A DNA stretch of 64,000 nucleotides from Oculina patagonica (Eukaryota): the NCBI RefSeq assembly GCF_052425735.1, contig NC_135764.1:27590001-27654000 (forward strand). The letters run 5' to 3'. Shown one piece after another: positions 23,241-35,063 of the stretch. Under the pieces are notes generated by a model. The model made no database searches. It was not told the origin of the DNA and was given only the letters and a program-made list of their open reading frames with translations. Each line of letters opens with the position of its first letter. The stretch's first letter is position 1. The position numbers and the translations under genes are program-made.

Positions 23241-24557
23241 TCTGCACGGAGGCAAGAAAGAAAAACGCAGACAGAAATGGTATCCGGTGTACACGAATTA
23301 AAAAGCCTACTGTGGTAGTGAAATAGCCGGATTGGGAACCGTATACAAACGCGTGGTTTGTGTTTTTTGTGTTTTGACTTTTGGTTTTGTGTTTTTTGTT
23401 GTTTTTTGTTTTTGTTTTTGTTTTGTTTTTATTTATTTAAATTTTTTTACAGAGACTGCATTTTTTTATCCGAATTCAAATTTGATTGAGTGATAGAAGA
23501 AAGAACACCTCTGGAACTAGGAATCCAGGACAGATCCTCTGAGTCCTTGAAGTTGAGGTTTTTATTTCCCTGAATCTTTTTTAGTCTTAAAATGCTTCTA
23601 ACATTACTAAACAGTCGGAATGTGTCTTATCCTAAAAATTACCCGGCCCGTCATTGAAGGCTTTTCCCAAAATTTACCAACCGAGATCCCAGGTACTCTT
23701 TTTCCGCCTTTCCCTCGCTTGTCGTTGAGAGGGAGCCTGGGATCCGGATCTAGGTTGAAATTAATTCTCGTACCCAGAGCTGCTTTCCCCTCTTAGCCTC
23801 GCTGGCTAAGAGGGTCAAGCGGCTCTCACACGGTATAAAAACTTATCGTTTTTCCTTTCCTTTTTCCCATGAAGCGTCATTCTTGTTGGACCCATATTTG
23901 AGTGAGGTAGATTCATCGAAATTTAAATTTTGCAAACTCGGGTAAATTTTAAGATATCACATTTCACTTTGTCGTACCTGCGCAAACGGATTTCAAGATC
24001 GAGAACAGAGTGCTCGAGATTTGTTCCATTTTATTCGCAATTTTATGACTACAGTATTGAAAACCCATTTTAACTAGGAATACACGAGAGCAGCTTTGAG
24101 TGAAACGGTGCTTCGAAAAAAATCATCATTTTGGCTTTGTTGTGAGCAGTCAGTGCAACTGTTTTAGGCCATTTTGTTCTGTGGTAATGCACGTGTGTAC
24201 TGTAAAGGTTGAAATTACACTGCATCACCGGGTTTAAATTTGTTTAGTAATGTTCATTTTTTTTTTTTTTGAAGATAAACACACTTTATTGATACACTTA
24301 AAAACACGTACATTACTTACAATTACATACACTATTGGAGATTATACAGTGTTATTTTTCTTTTACGTGTTTTGGCTTTAATACCAAACACGGGGAAATA
24401 AATGAAAAAGCTTTTCTTTTACATGATTAAAAAAACAACAACAACAACAAAAGTACAAAAAGGAGTCCATGCATTACTTTAAAGTATTACAATTTAAAAA
24501 AAAATTATATATACTTCGTTATTGAGAGCAATTTTTTTAAAGTAATTCGCTACAGTG

Positions 24558-24611
<54 letters not shown>

Positions 24612-24612
24612 T
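24558..24612. repeat. (TTA)n microsatellite in the LINE 3' UTR; other simple repeats: T-run ~20277-20321, (AAAAC)n ~44075-44140, (TAA)n ~53695-53768
   Basis: Directly visible. Confidence 0.9.
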
Positions 24613-26628
24613 AGATAAACAGCTTTACGTTTGAGTACATTTTTCTAGTTTCCATTGTACAATTAGTTTATTGGCAAGTTCATCTAGAGACATTTCTTTC
24701 TGAAGAATAGATATAGTGTTTGACCAAGATGATGAGCAAATCTAGCTTGCGTTTTATGTGTTCCGAGAGCACATTAGTCGCGTGACATGTGTCGTGAAAA
24801 GCAATTTGTTCTTTTGAGAGTGTTACCTCAGTACCTTGACGATGATTGAACCATGATATAATTTGTGAATAAAGTTTTACAGACTTTACAGACTACTTGC
24901 AGTCAATAAACGTATGTTCTATTGAATCTGCATTAAAACAATATATACATTTATCGTCTTCGGCTAGGTGATATAGTTTGAGTTCTTTCTTCGTTACAAT
25001 TGTTCTATGCAAAAAACGAAAACAAAATTGACGAAGTTTATTGTCCTTAGTGAAGCGAGATATATCTTGAAAACTTCTAGTCCATTCACCAAGTTTTTCA
25101 GGGAATTTACTCTGCCACTTTTTTACACCACTCGGGACAATAGGATCATGGTTGTCGAACAATTGGTAATAGTTTTTGCAACGTGCTTCAGCCAGATTAA
25201 TTAAAGTTTTGTTTGAAAGAATGGATGTGGAGGTCGAGGAAAGATCACCTGCAGGAATAGAAGTTTGAGCTGCTCTTCTTTTCAACTCCGATGGAATGGC
25301 TGAAATTAGCTGAAAGTAGTGCATATAATTTGTGGTGATATTAAATTTGTCGCTAAACTCTTCGTACGATAAAAATTTGCCCTCAGAGTTTAACACATTC
25401 TTTACTGACACGATTCCGCGTTTAAACCATGATTTCCAAAACAGAGTTGCGTTGTCTATAGTTATCAAATTGTTATTCCAAAGAAAGAGTTCGCCATTTG
25501 GAAAGATGTTGGTTGTATTTTTGAGATCCTGAAAATACTGGAGAAGTTCTCGATAAAAGAGGGGTAGACCTGTCTTCAAGGATTTTACAGCATAATTGCA
25601 TTTAAGGAGAAATAATAAACCACCATACTTTCGAAAGTAGTAATTGGGGATTACCTTCCATTTATCGTCAGACTCGCCAAGTAATCTACCAATCCAAGCC
25701 AAGCGTAAAGATTTAACGATCGTGCAAAAATTAACAAAATTGATTCCTCCTTTTGCTATTGGTTGACACATAACCAATCTTTTTATTTTGCATTCTTTCC
25801 TGTTTTCCATAGAAATGCGAACAGATTCTCTTGTACAGTCTTGATAACCGATTCTGGAACTGTCAGCATCGATGCTGCGTACACTAGCTGTGATATACCT
25901 AAAGCTTGCGCCAATAAAGACTTGCCATATATCGTGAGGTCTCTTGAAAGCCATAAATTTAATTTTGTTTTCATTTTGTTCATCTTGACATAAAAGTTTT
26001 CCTCAGTACATTTGTTTTTGTTGTAGGATAGATGGATTCCAAGAACTTTAATAGGTTCTTTAGTTGTTTTAAAGTCAAGTACTTTCAAATTGCTGTCTTT
26101 CATAGAACCGATCCACATAGCTTTAGTTTTCTTCTTATTTAATTTTAATCCAGAGATGATTCCAAAACAATCCAAGATCTGTAAATAGGGTTTGAGAGAT
26201 TCAACATTTTTTGTTATTATAGTAGTGTCGTCAGCAAACTGTGATATTTTGACCTCCTGGTTATCTGGGAGGGACACGCCTCTGCAGCTTGGTTCTTGGC
26301 GTATCTTTGCTGCTAGCAGTTCCGCAGCAAGGATGAATAAAAGAGGACTTAGCGGGAAACCTTGACGAACTCCTCTTGATATATTAAAATAATTGGTCAA
26401 AAATCCACCATTTATTACTGCGCTTTGCACACCGTTATAAAGAATTGAAATCCACCTTTTAACATTTGGGCCAAAATTGAAAACGTTCAGGGCTTTAACA
26501 ATAAAATCCCATTCCAGGCTATCAAAGGCCTTCTCAAAATCAATAAAGAGAAGGAGTCCCGAGGTCTTGTTAGCATTTAGATATTCCATTACATCACTTA
26601 AAAGTCTTATGTTCTGGCCTATGTACCT

Positions 26629-27234
26629 TAGGGCTTTCCACAAGTTGCTCGAGATTCCCTAGAAAGTTGCTCGTAATTTCTCAAAAAGTTGCTCAAAAGT
26701 TGCTCCAAAAATCCAAAAAAGTTGCTCCTGATAATAAAAGTTGCTCGAAAGTTGCTCCAAAAAATCCAAAACGTTGCTTCTAATCAAGAGAATTTCTCTA
26801 AATATATGCTAATTTCCCTTTGATAGTAAGATTTCTAAGCAGTTTTATGCAATTGTACAGCAAAAGAAGTATCTAAATAACATATTAAGGGGAAATTTGT
26901 TAAATAACAAGGATTTCTTTAACTGAGAAAAATCGTGAAGATATCAATGACGTCATGTTTGCTGACGAGTTTTGTAATGTTTCAATGCAAAATGAGCCGA
27001 AAGTTGAAATGTCTTCAGATGTTCCTCGAAAGTCTTCGGCAATCTTCGTAAATCTTCGGAAACGTTCGTATTGCGTTTGAACAACACTCGGATAATCTTC
27101 GGAGATCTTCGGTCTGGAAATTACTCAAAATGCAACAAGTTGCTCGAGAGCAAAAAAGTTGCTCGAAGGGGAAAAAGTTGCTCGAATCGTGAAAAGTTGC
27201 CAAAAAGTTGCCGAGCAACTTGTGGAAAGCCCTA
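26629..27234. mobile_element. hAT-type MITE inserted in the LINE RT domain
   Basis: 23-bp TIR TAGGGCTTTCCACAAGTTGCTCG / CGAGCAACTTGTGGAAAGCCCTA; 8-bp TSD ATGTACCT (26621-28, 27235-42). Removal restores GFVKGRYIGQNIRLL. Related fragments at ~1890-2002 and ~6720-6910. Confidence 0.92.
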
Positions 27235-28505
27235 ATGTACCTTCCCTTAACGAATCCGGTTTGATCTGAATTAATTAATTTTGGTAGGTATTGTTCTATT
27301 CTTTTTGCCAAAAATTTAGTCAGAATTTTATAATCGATATTAAGTAAAGATATTGGACGCCAGTTGGAAAGTTCAGACAGATCCCCATCAGCTTTTGGTA
27401 TTAACGTTATTATTCCCCTCCTTTGAGAAATAGATAGGGACCCGCTTTGAAAAGCTGCATTATAAGAATTAAGCAGATCTCTCCAAATGAGATCATAGAA
27501 AGACTCGTAGAATTCCTTAGTGAATCCATCCTCAACAGGGGTTTTATTGTCCGAGAAAGAGCCCAGCGCCTCTTTTAATTCCTCAAATGTAAAATCATAT
27601 TCCAGTGAATCTCGTTCCTCGGCATTCAGTTGAGGGATTTCAATACCTTCAACAAAAGACTCAAAACTCTTATTTTCACCCAGAGGTTCACTATTAAGAT
27701 TGTTTTTGGATGTGAACATATTACTATAAAATTTTTCCAGTTCTTTCTCAATCTGTTTTGGTTGTGTTGTTTTATACCCATTCTCTAATTTCACTTCGCG
27801 TATAAGCTTTTTTTCATAATTCGTCTTTTCCAAATTAAAAAAGTATTTTGTGGGTTTTTCTCCCTGTTCCAACCATTTCACTTTAGATCTAAAGATTGCC
27901 TCTTTCCCTTTGTGTTCATATATCTTTTTCAATTCTTCTTTGGCGGCCTCATACTCCACAAAAATGTTTCGATCTAAAGTTTCAAAATCCGTATTACAAA
28001 TTTTATAGTCAAGGTCTTGTATTTGTTTTTGAAGTGTTGATTCCCTTTTTCTAAGTTCCAATCTTTTTTCTTTAGAATATTTAATTGTTTTCATTCGTAA
28101 TTCCATTTTGATTAATTCCCACAATAGTTGTTTATCTTTAACATCGGTGTATTTCTCGTGTATTCGGGGATAAGAAATGCAATACGTTCTTTAAAATCGT
28201 CATCTTCTAGCAGAGAATTGTTGAATTTCCATGTACCCGGACCTCTGTTGAGCTCGTTTCTAATGTTAATCTTTAAAAAGGTAGCTTTGTGATCTGGTGC
28301 AACTGACATTCGAATCTCAGCTGTTTGGACTTCAATAGAGATCGGGCGGGAGACAAGGATGAAATCTATTCTCGATTTCAATTTATTAGTTTTGGATTCG
28401 TAGGTAAACTGATGGCTACATCCAATAAATTAACAGATACGTTTTTCTCTGGGACCAATCCCTGCCAGGGAGGGGAAAGGGAGTCGGTCAGTTTTGCTAT
28501 ATAAG

Positions 28506-29013
28506 GAGGGGGGCATTGGGGCATGTAAGAAACCGAAAAACCGCACAAAAAAATCATCCAAAACCGAAAAACCGAAGTGAATTTCAATCAAATCCGAAAA
28601 CCGAACACAACATTCGAAATTCCGAAGCTCTAATCTTAATTGTTACCTCGAGATTTTGAAAGAAGGAAGAAAGGAAGTTTTTAAAGAGTCTTGACATTTT
28701 TGTTCATTAACATGCTAAATTACACTGCTACAACTTGCATTTTAAACATAAACCGGCAGGATTTCTTTCTACCAGCATGATCTCAGAGAAACTGTAAACC
28801 AAATTGGAAAAACCGGAAACCAGAGCAAATATCAAATTCCAAAAACCGCTAGTATTTTTGCCGGAAACCAAAAACCATATACTAATAGAAGGAAAACCCG
28901 AAAACCGAAGAAGACAACAAAACCGAAAAACCGCGGTTTTTTGTTGCGAAAACCGAAAAACCGATCTAAAAAATGGCCAAAACCGAGAAACCGAAAACCC
29001 CAAAGTCCCCCTC
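28506..29013. mobile_element. MITE with GAGG termini, 6-bp TSD and internal AAAACCG repeats
   Basis: Imperfect TIR GAGGGGGGCATTGGGG / CCCCAAAGTCCCCCTC; TSD TATAAG; empty sites (CTATACAAGAAGGGATC) at ~1765 and ~19125. Confidence 0.82.
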
Positions 29014-30575
29014 TATAAGAAGGGATCCCCTTTCGGCCTCACTTTTTTGTCTAATAAGTGGGAGTCCTTACCCCTGCATCTACACCAAGAGGTTCCCAAA
29101 TGTGAAGCTTATAAACCAACACGGGTAAGCCAAGGTAAAACGGCGCGATTTTATAACATTTTTTCACCCTACTTTTAAAGACGACTGAATTACACCCCTT
29201 TATGAAATAATTGCTTGAAATGGACCTCAGCATTGAGTCAGGTTTAATACAGGCGTAAGAATTCGTCAGTACTTATTTATACACCTTACATACAAACATA
29301 CATTAACTTTGGTAGAGAGAGGCACTGTGAGAGCTTTTTGTCAACTGGTGCTCATTTATACTTTTGAGTGGAGAGAGGTGAGAGGTTTTTTGCCAAATTA
29401 AAGAACACAACACAGTGTCACAGGTGTCTAAACTTTATTTTGGAGTTCATTAATCGCTACATCTTTACAAATGTATCATAATTAGGAAAAAAATAAAAAA
29501 TGACTTTAGTATTTTGAAATTTTCACTAAAGCTATGTATACACTTAATGGGTCGGTTATTACAATTAAAAGATTGTTGATTATTTAAGGATTTCCGGCGG
29601 TGCATGCCACACTACTGTGAACTGTGGCTCATCGACGTTGTAATTTAAAATGTCTTCTACGATGACCCACCTTTACACAAAAATATTCTAAGACAGAGAA
29701 GTGTTAAAAAATGAATTAAAAAAAACAATCTAAAATATCTTACACACAATAGCTTACATGCAAATAAAGACAGTTCTTGGAAAAACTATAAAATGTAAAG
29801 CAGATTATTTGATTGTCCCCTGTATTACGACGTGGCCCAATACAGTGAACATCGATTTAACGAGCCTCTATACAACAAGGTCTTCAATATAACGAACGAT
29901 ATTCTTCGCCCCAGTAATAGTAAAATATGTAAAAAAGAATCTTGATTTAACGAATCCTCGTTAAAGCGAACATATTTTGTCAGTCCCTTCGCCCTTTGTT
30001 ATATCGTGGTTCCACTGTATTCACATGCAAGGGAAATCATAAACAGAAAGCAACCCTATCGTTTTAATTCGTCAGTGTTGTGTCCCGTATAACTCTACAT
30101 AGCGCTAGTTCAATTTAATTGATCCGTGTCTTGGTTGCGGAAATATTGAAGCTGCGGGAAAAGCTAGGGGGCCGCAATAATTGGCCTGTGCTAAAACCAG
30201 AAACGAAAAGAGGCGAAACCACTGAAAAGAAACAAAGACCAATGAAAGCACTCCTGTTAGCCTGAATAGCACTCCGGCTAGCCTAAAAAGCTAAAGTACT
30301 CCGGTTAGCCTAACGCTCAGGTTAGCCTGTTTACAATTAGCTCTCAATAATGGTAAATGGGTTTCGCTTGTTTCGGTCGTTTTGTTTCGTTTTGTTTCGC
30401 AATCACCGTTTCGGGTTTTAGTACATGTCCGTTAAATTGACTTATAGTAACACAGTTGGGAGACGGAGTAAAATGCTGCGTTGTGTGATCAGAGTCGTAC
30501 ACCGACGCGCAGTACACTCCAGGGAAAAATCATCAAAAGTTTCTGGTTGTTCAAAGGACAGTAGCGTTCATTATT

Positions 30576-31008
30576 GGCTGTTTTTATGCTAGAGACGATA
30601 ATGTTGTCAGACGACTTTAACGTCTAAGACGTTAAAGGCGTCTGGTATAAAAACGGGAAGCCTTAGTAGACAGCTTTTCAGAAAAAAAAATTAAAAAAAG
30701 ACTGGATTGGACACTCGGAGGACACTGGACACGAAGACGTAAAGCCAGCAGACGTTAAAGGCGTCTGTCTTATTAACTGTTTTCATACTAGTTAAAGACG
30801 TACCGTTTTTATACTAGACGGCTTTAACGTCTCAGACGTTAAAGCTGTCCGATAAGAGCGTCGTTCAGATGCTCTTACGAAAGACGTTAAAGCCATCAGG
30901 CGTTAAAGGCGTCTGTCTTATTTACCGTTTTTACACTAGACGTTAATGTCGTCTCGAGACAGCTTTAACGTCTAAGACACCTTTAACGTCTCTAGCATAA
31001 AAACGGCC
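30576..31008. mobile_element. PIF/Harbinger-like MITE 3' of TMEM copy 2
   Basis: TIR GGCTGTTTTTATGCTAGAGACG / CGTCTCTAGCATAAAAACGGCC; 3-bp TSD ATT; empty site at ~4990. Confidence 0.82.
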
Positions 31009-31066
31009 ATTGTCTCGATTGATCATGATCAGGGTCAGTATTTAATATAAAATGGTCATTTACCGA

Positions 31067-31861
31067 TCAGTCATAACCACACCAACCGAAGATCGAGCAC
31101 AACTCTAAAGAACTAAGAATAAGAATGATACCATTTTTGGCGATGAAAATTGATGCATCTTTACCGTAGTCGAAAAAGAGCACCAAACGGAGAACCAGAA
31201 ACACACCATTGACACAAAATATCTGAATGGTAATGCGCAAAATGGCCTTCCACGTGAAAACATCCCAGTCGCCCGTCCCGCTGTTACGTCTCAGCTTGTT
31301 TTCCGCCAACTGCAAGGGTGACACCAAGAAACTGATGCAGACGAAGGCAATGATGGCTTTCTCGAAACTCTTTGGAATGCCATGGCTGAATTCGTTCTCC
31401 TCGAGAATGACTTCCAACATTTCAACTCCATCGAAGAGATCTAGTGCGATTTGGAGAGACAACTTCAAAACCAGTTCTCGGTAATCGACAGAGTCCACTG
31501 CGGTGTTTAGTAGCAACAACAGAAGCGGTGAAATACACAAGGTCAATTTCAAGACGTTTGGACCAAAGAATGTTTCTTTGTCAATGTCGTCCTCGATTCG
31601 ACCAAAGATGGCTCCAATGAGAGGCACTAATGCTACCCAGACATACAAGACCCACACGACAAAGAGCCACGGAAGGCTTTCTTCATCCCATATTATACGC
31701 AGCCATAACAAGAGGGCAGGAAGGTACAGGGCAGTTAGCCCATAGAAACCAGCGTTGGCATTGTGTTCGTACCTCGCTGGATAGGAAGCAAGCGATATGC
31801 CCTGAACGATTATCAGAGCGAAAAATACAAATCGCCCAGTACACACGAGAAAAGTAGTCAT
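31067..31861 (-). CDS. CECR6/TMEM121-family membrane protein copy 2, 264 aa, intronless
   Basis: Near-identical paralog of 3758..4555 in inverted orientation. Confidence 0.8.
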   Translation of the reverse strand: MTTFLVCTGRFVFFALIIVQGISLASYPARYEHNANAGFYGLTALYLPALLLWLRIIWDEESLPWLFVVWVLYVWVALVPLIGAIFGRIEDDIDKETFFGPNVLKLTLCISPLLLLLLNTAVDSVDYRELVLKLSLQIALDLFDGVEMLEVILEENEFSHGIPKSFEKAIIAFVCISFLVSPLQLAENKLRRNSGTGDWDVFTWKAILRITIQIFCVNGVFLVLRLVLFFDYGKDASIFIAKNGIILILSSLELCSIFGWCGYD

Positions 31862-31865
31862 GGTA

Positions 31866-32460
31866 GAGCCAAATTGAACTGTTGCTTAGTTTTTACCGGC
31901 TGAAACTAAGCTTACACTGTTCGTAACAATTCAGAAACTTCGTACTAAGGTGACTTGAATTCCGAGAAAAACATTTCTCTCGACAAAAGGCAAACACAAA
32001 TTCTCGGAAATTACGTCATAACTGTTTTTATTCCGTGTACAGACATGGACCCTGACTGACCTCGTACGTTGCGCCTTCATATTGAGCAAAAAAGAGTAAC
32101 ATTGCCCATTTATTCGGTCAAAGCAGCAAGAAAAAAAATTAATGATTCTTTGAAATCATAGAGCAGAATTGAACTGTTGCTTAGTTTTTATCGGGCTGAA
32201 ACGAAGCTTACAGTGTTCGTAACGATTCAGAAAGTTCGCACTAAGGTAGCTTGAATTCCTAGAAAAACATTTTTCTCGATAAAAGGCACAAATTTCTCGG
32301 AAATTACGTCATAACTGTTTTTATTCCGTGTACATACATGAACCCTGACTGACCTCGTACGTTGCGCCTTCATATTGAGCAAAAAATAATAACATTGCCC
32401 ACTGATTCAGTCAAAGCAGCAAGAAAAACATGAGAAGCATTAAATGATTCTTCGAAATCG
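31866..32460. repeat. ~295-bp tandem duplication of the immediate upstream region of TMEM copy 2
   Basis: 31866-32160 and 32161-32460 align along their length; the segment is single upstream of copy 1 (~3490-3755). Confidence 0.85.
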
Positions 32461-34165
32461 TTTAAGTAAAAAAGATGGAGACTTAAGGGTGCTTCATTAT
32501 CATTTAGCCGAAAAATCCAGAAATTTCGGTTAAAAATCAGATGGAACAGTAATTTTCCGGAAAATTCGTTCGGAAATTGTGGACTACCTCCAGAGGTACT
32601 CCTCTTTTCCGTTCGAAACGGAACGTCAAAATTTCCTTACCATTTGCAGGGTTTCCCAGTTTCAGTCTCCCATCAACGGAAAACAATAACAGGAAACCGA
32701 ATTACAAATGATAAGCGCCATCTCTTTCGGTTGGTTTGCTAATTTTGGAAAAATCCTTACCATTATTCAAAGGTCTCAATCGGTTCCTTCCGAGAAATGG
32801 TCAGGGAGTGACTGAAGATTGTCCTTCAAAACATTGTCCAAGGGCACTATGAGCACTAGTTCACTCACTTTCAAAGGAACGGAAAACTACCATTACCCAT
32901 AATACCTTTCCGGGTTAGCCACGTAGAGTTCCTTGTATCGAGAAAAACTTTGGCAACCCGAAGAAATAAATTATTAACATGCAGAAGTTTATAGGAATAT
33001 GAACTTCTATTGGTAATTATTGTAAAAAATATTTCTATATATTGACATATTAGCAATTCTTTGTTTCTCACGTATTGCATTGCCAAAACAATTTATACAA
33101 TAACTAAGAGAATTATCTCGAAATTCTCGCATGCTCATTGGTCGAGACCTATGGTCGATGAGAGAATAGACCATGAAAATGACGTAAAAGGTAACGCAAC
33201 GCAAGGCAAATTTCGAAAAACTTGAGAAATTCCTTGTAGCGACTTTTTTTAAAAACAGAATCTAGCGAATTGTAAAATAAAAACAACTAGAAAATTTGGA
33301 ACGCAATTTGTCACATATTCGTCGGTTTCAAGTGCTAAAAACAGTCAAAAACTGCCATCTTACGAGTTGTCACACCACTCGCGCGATTTCGCACTGATTT
33401 TTCATCTATTTTTCAGTGTTCTTGTAGAAAACAAATCGACCACATTTTTCCATGATCTACAAAGGTTTAGACCACGGAAAAATGTGGTTGATTTGTTAAA
33501 TACCACACCAGTTACAACAGTCCACATAAACAAAGCAGGTGATCAGTTTTTCTTGTCTGCAAGGATTATTATTCAAGATACGTCGCTCTTACCATTGCTA
33601 ACAGTTACTTTCAGTGCTAGTAACCAGCTCAAAGTCCAAAATATAAACTTGACTCATCTTTCCGTGCATCTTTTCATTTTGTGACCTCGCCTGTTCAAGT
33701 AAACGCCTTGCGAACAGAGAGGCAGGAACCGATTTAATCTGAACTGATTTGCTTTATCTAGCGATCAAAATATAATATGTTACGCAGCGGACAAATACAA
33801 CACACTCGTGAGTACTTAAATGAATCAATTTAGACGGTTACAGAGGCATCGAGAAACGGAATTCAAATTGGTCACTGAGTTCAGAAATCACTGGCTCATC
33901 GAGGCTGCAGGACATAAGCGTCGAGCGGCTTTGTTGACAAAACAAGAATACGTATCTTTGAGAACACATCGATTTAGGACTGGTCGAAAAGAAGTAGTCT
34001 CGGCCTCAACATACACTACCAGTTAAAGCTTAGTTGCCAGTACTTAAATTATACAGTATATCAGCCATTAAAATTGGTATTTACTTAAACTTTGCTTGTT
34101 TTTTCGTCTGCCTTATTTATCATTATCGGTCTATAAGGCCCTATTTTTGAGTTATTTGAACACTA

Positions 34166-34745
34166 CAGTCCGACCTCTATTAAGCGGCCACCCTCGGGAC
34201 TTTGAAAAGTGGCCGCTTAATAGAGGTTGGCTGCTTAATAGATCGGGAGATACAATATAAATTGGATAGGAATGGCAGTAAACATGGTTTTATTGACTCT
34301 ATATAGCAAAATGCTTTTAAAAAGTGAACATATATGAAGATAAATCAAAAATGCATTGTAACAAAACATCAAGTGCATTTCCAGCCCATAGCCCTTGATA
34401 CAGAGGGCAGTAGTTGAAATGTACAGTATTTCTTCGGGTTGATTATGTATAGCAAAATATAAACATCTTGGACAAGTTTCTTAAGCCTTTTGTATCAACA
34501 GTTAGTATGTGAAAAAATTTAGCTCAAGATATTTCACGGACAATACATATCATCTGTCACTATTTCGCTGGAAAGATAATTTGCTGGCCGCTTAAAAAGC
34601 TGGCCGCGGCCGCTTAATAGAGGTGGCCGTTGAATAGAGATATCAAATACAGCAGTTTAGAGACAAATAAATCGGGACTTTGGAAAGTGGCCGCTAAATA
34701 GAGGGTGGCCGCTTAATAGGTGGTCGCTTAATAGAGGTCGGACTG
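34166..34745. mobile_element. Tc1/mariner-pogo-type MITE
   Basis: TA|CAGTCCGACCTCTATTAAGCG ... CGCTTAATAGAGGTCGGACTG|TA. Related CAGTC-terminal elements at ~10260-10347, ~50272-50430 and ~53880-54052. Confidence 0.88.
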
Positions 34746-35063
34746 TAGTTATTGGTTATACTTGAAGACTGAGAAAGTTGTAGTTCACTGGAAAACAAAT
34801 GTCTGGCTCATCAATTAGTCAACGAATGTACTCATTGCAGGCCCATTCAGTTGCCTAATTTCAAGCTACGTAAAATCTCTAACATTTGTAAAAGGTTGCC
34901 CAAACTTATTGCAACTCAAGGTCCTATACGGTAAACCTAATGAAGGAAATCTAGAAAATCTAGGAAATCTAGCTTAATAACCAGTTTTACAATAGTGCTG
35001 AAAAGGTCTCAAAAGGAACTAAATTAACACTTTGATCAGAAAATCTTCTGATACCGAACGAAA

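Larger units (their letters stand above)
24257..28410 (-). mobile_element. 5'-truncated, decayed non-LTR retrotransposon (Tx1/L1-like ORF2: endonuclease end, RT, zinc knuckle)
   Basis: FTY...KSRIDF and APDH (APE endonuclease C-terminus), GPGTWKFN, GEKPTKYFFNLEK, NWRPISLLNIDYKIL, DFEKAFDS, GVRQGFPLSPLLF, QFADD, CxxC...EH..C. Split by frameshifts and a MITE. AATAAA plus poly(A) on the minus strand at ~24257-24290. Confidence 0.92.

Noticed and set aside
22990-23318. Repetitive ORFs (WICKT/WICKR, GFVK, FYKS) and a CRISPR-like periodic array
   Set aside because: Products of a 15/30-bp tandem repeat with no unique spacers, inside a mobile insertion in a eukaryote.
28728-29178. K/N/P/E-rich ORFs
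   Set aside because: Translation of AAAACCG repeats in a MITE.
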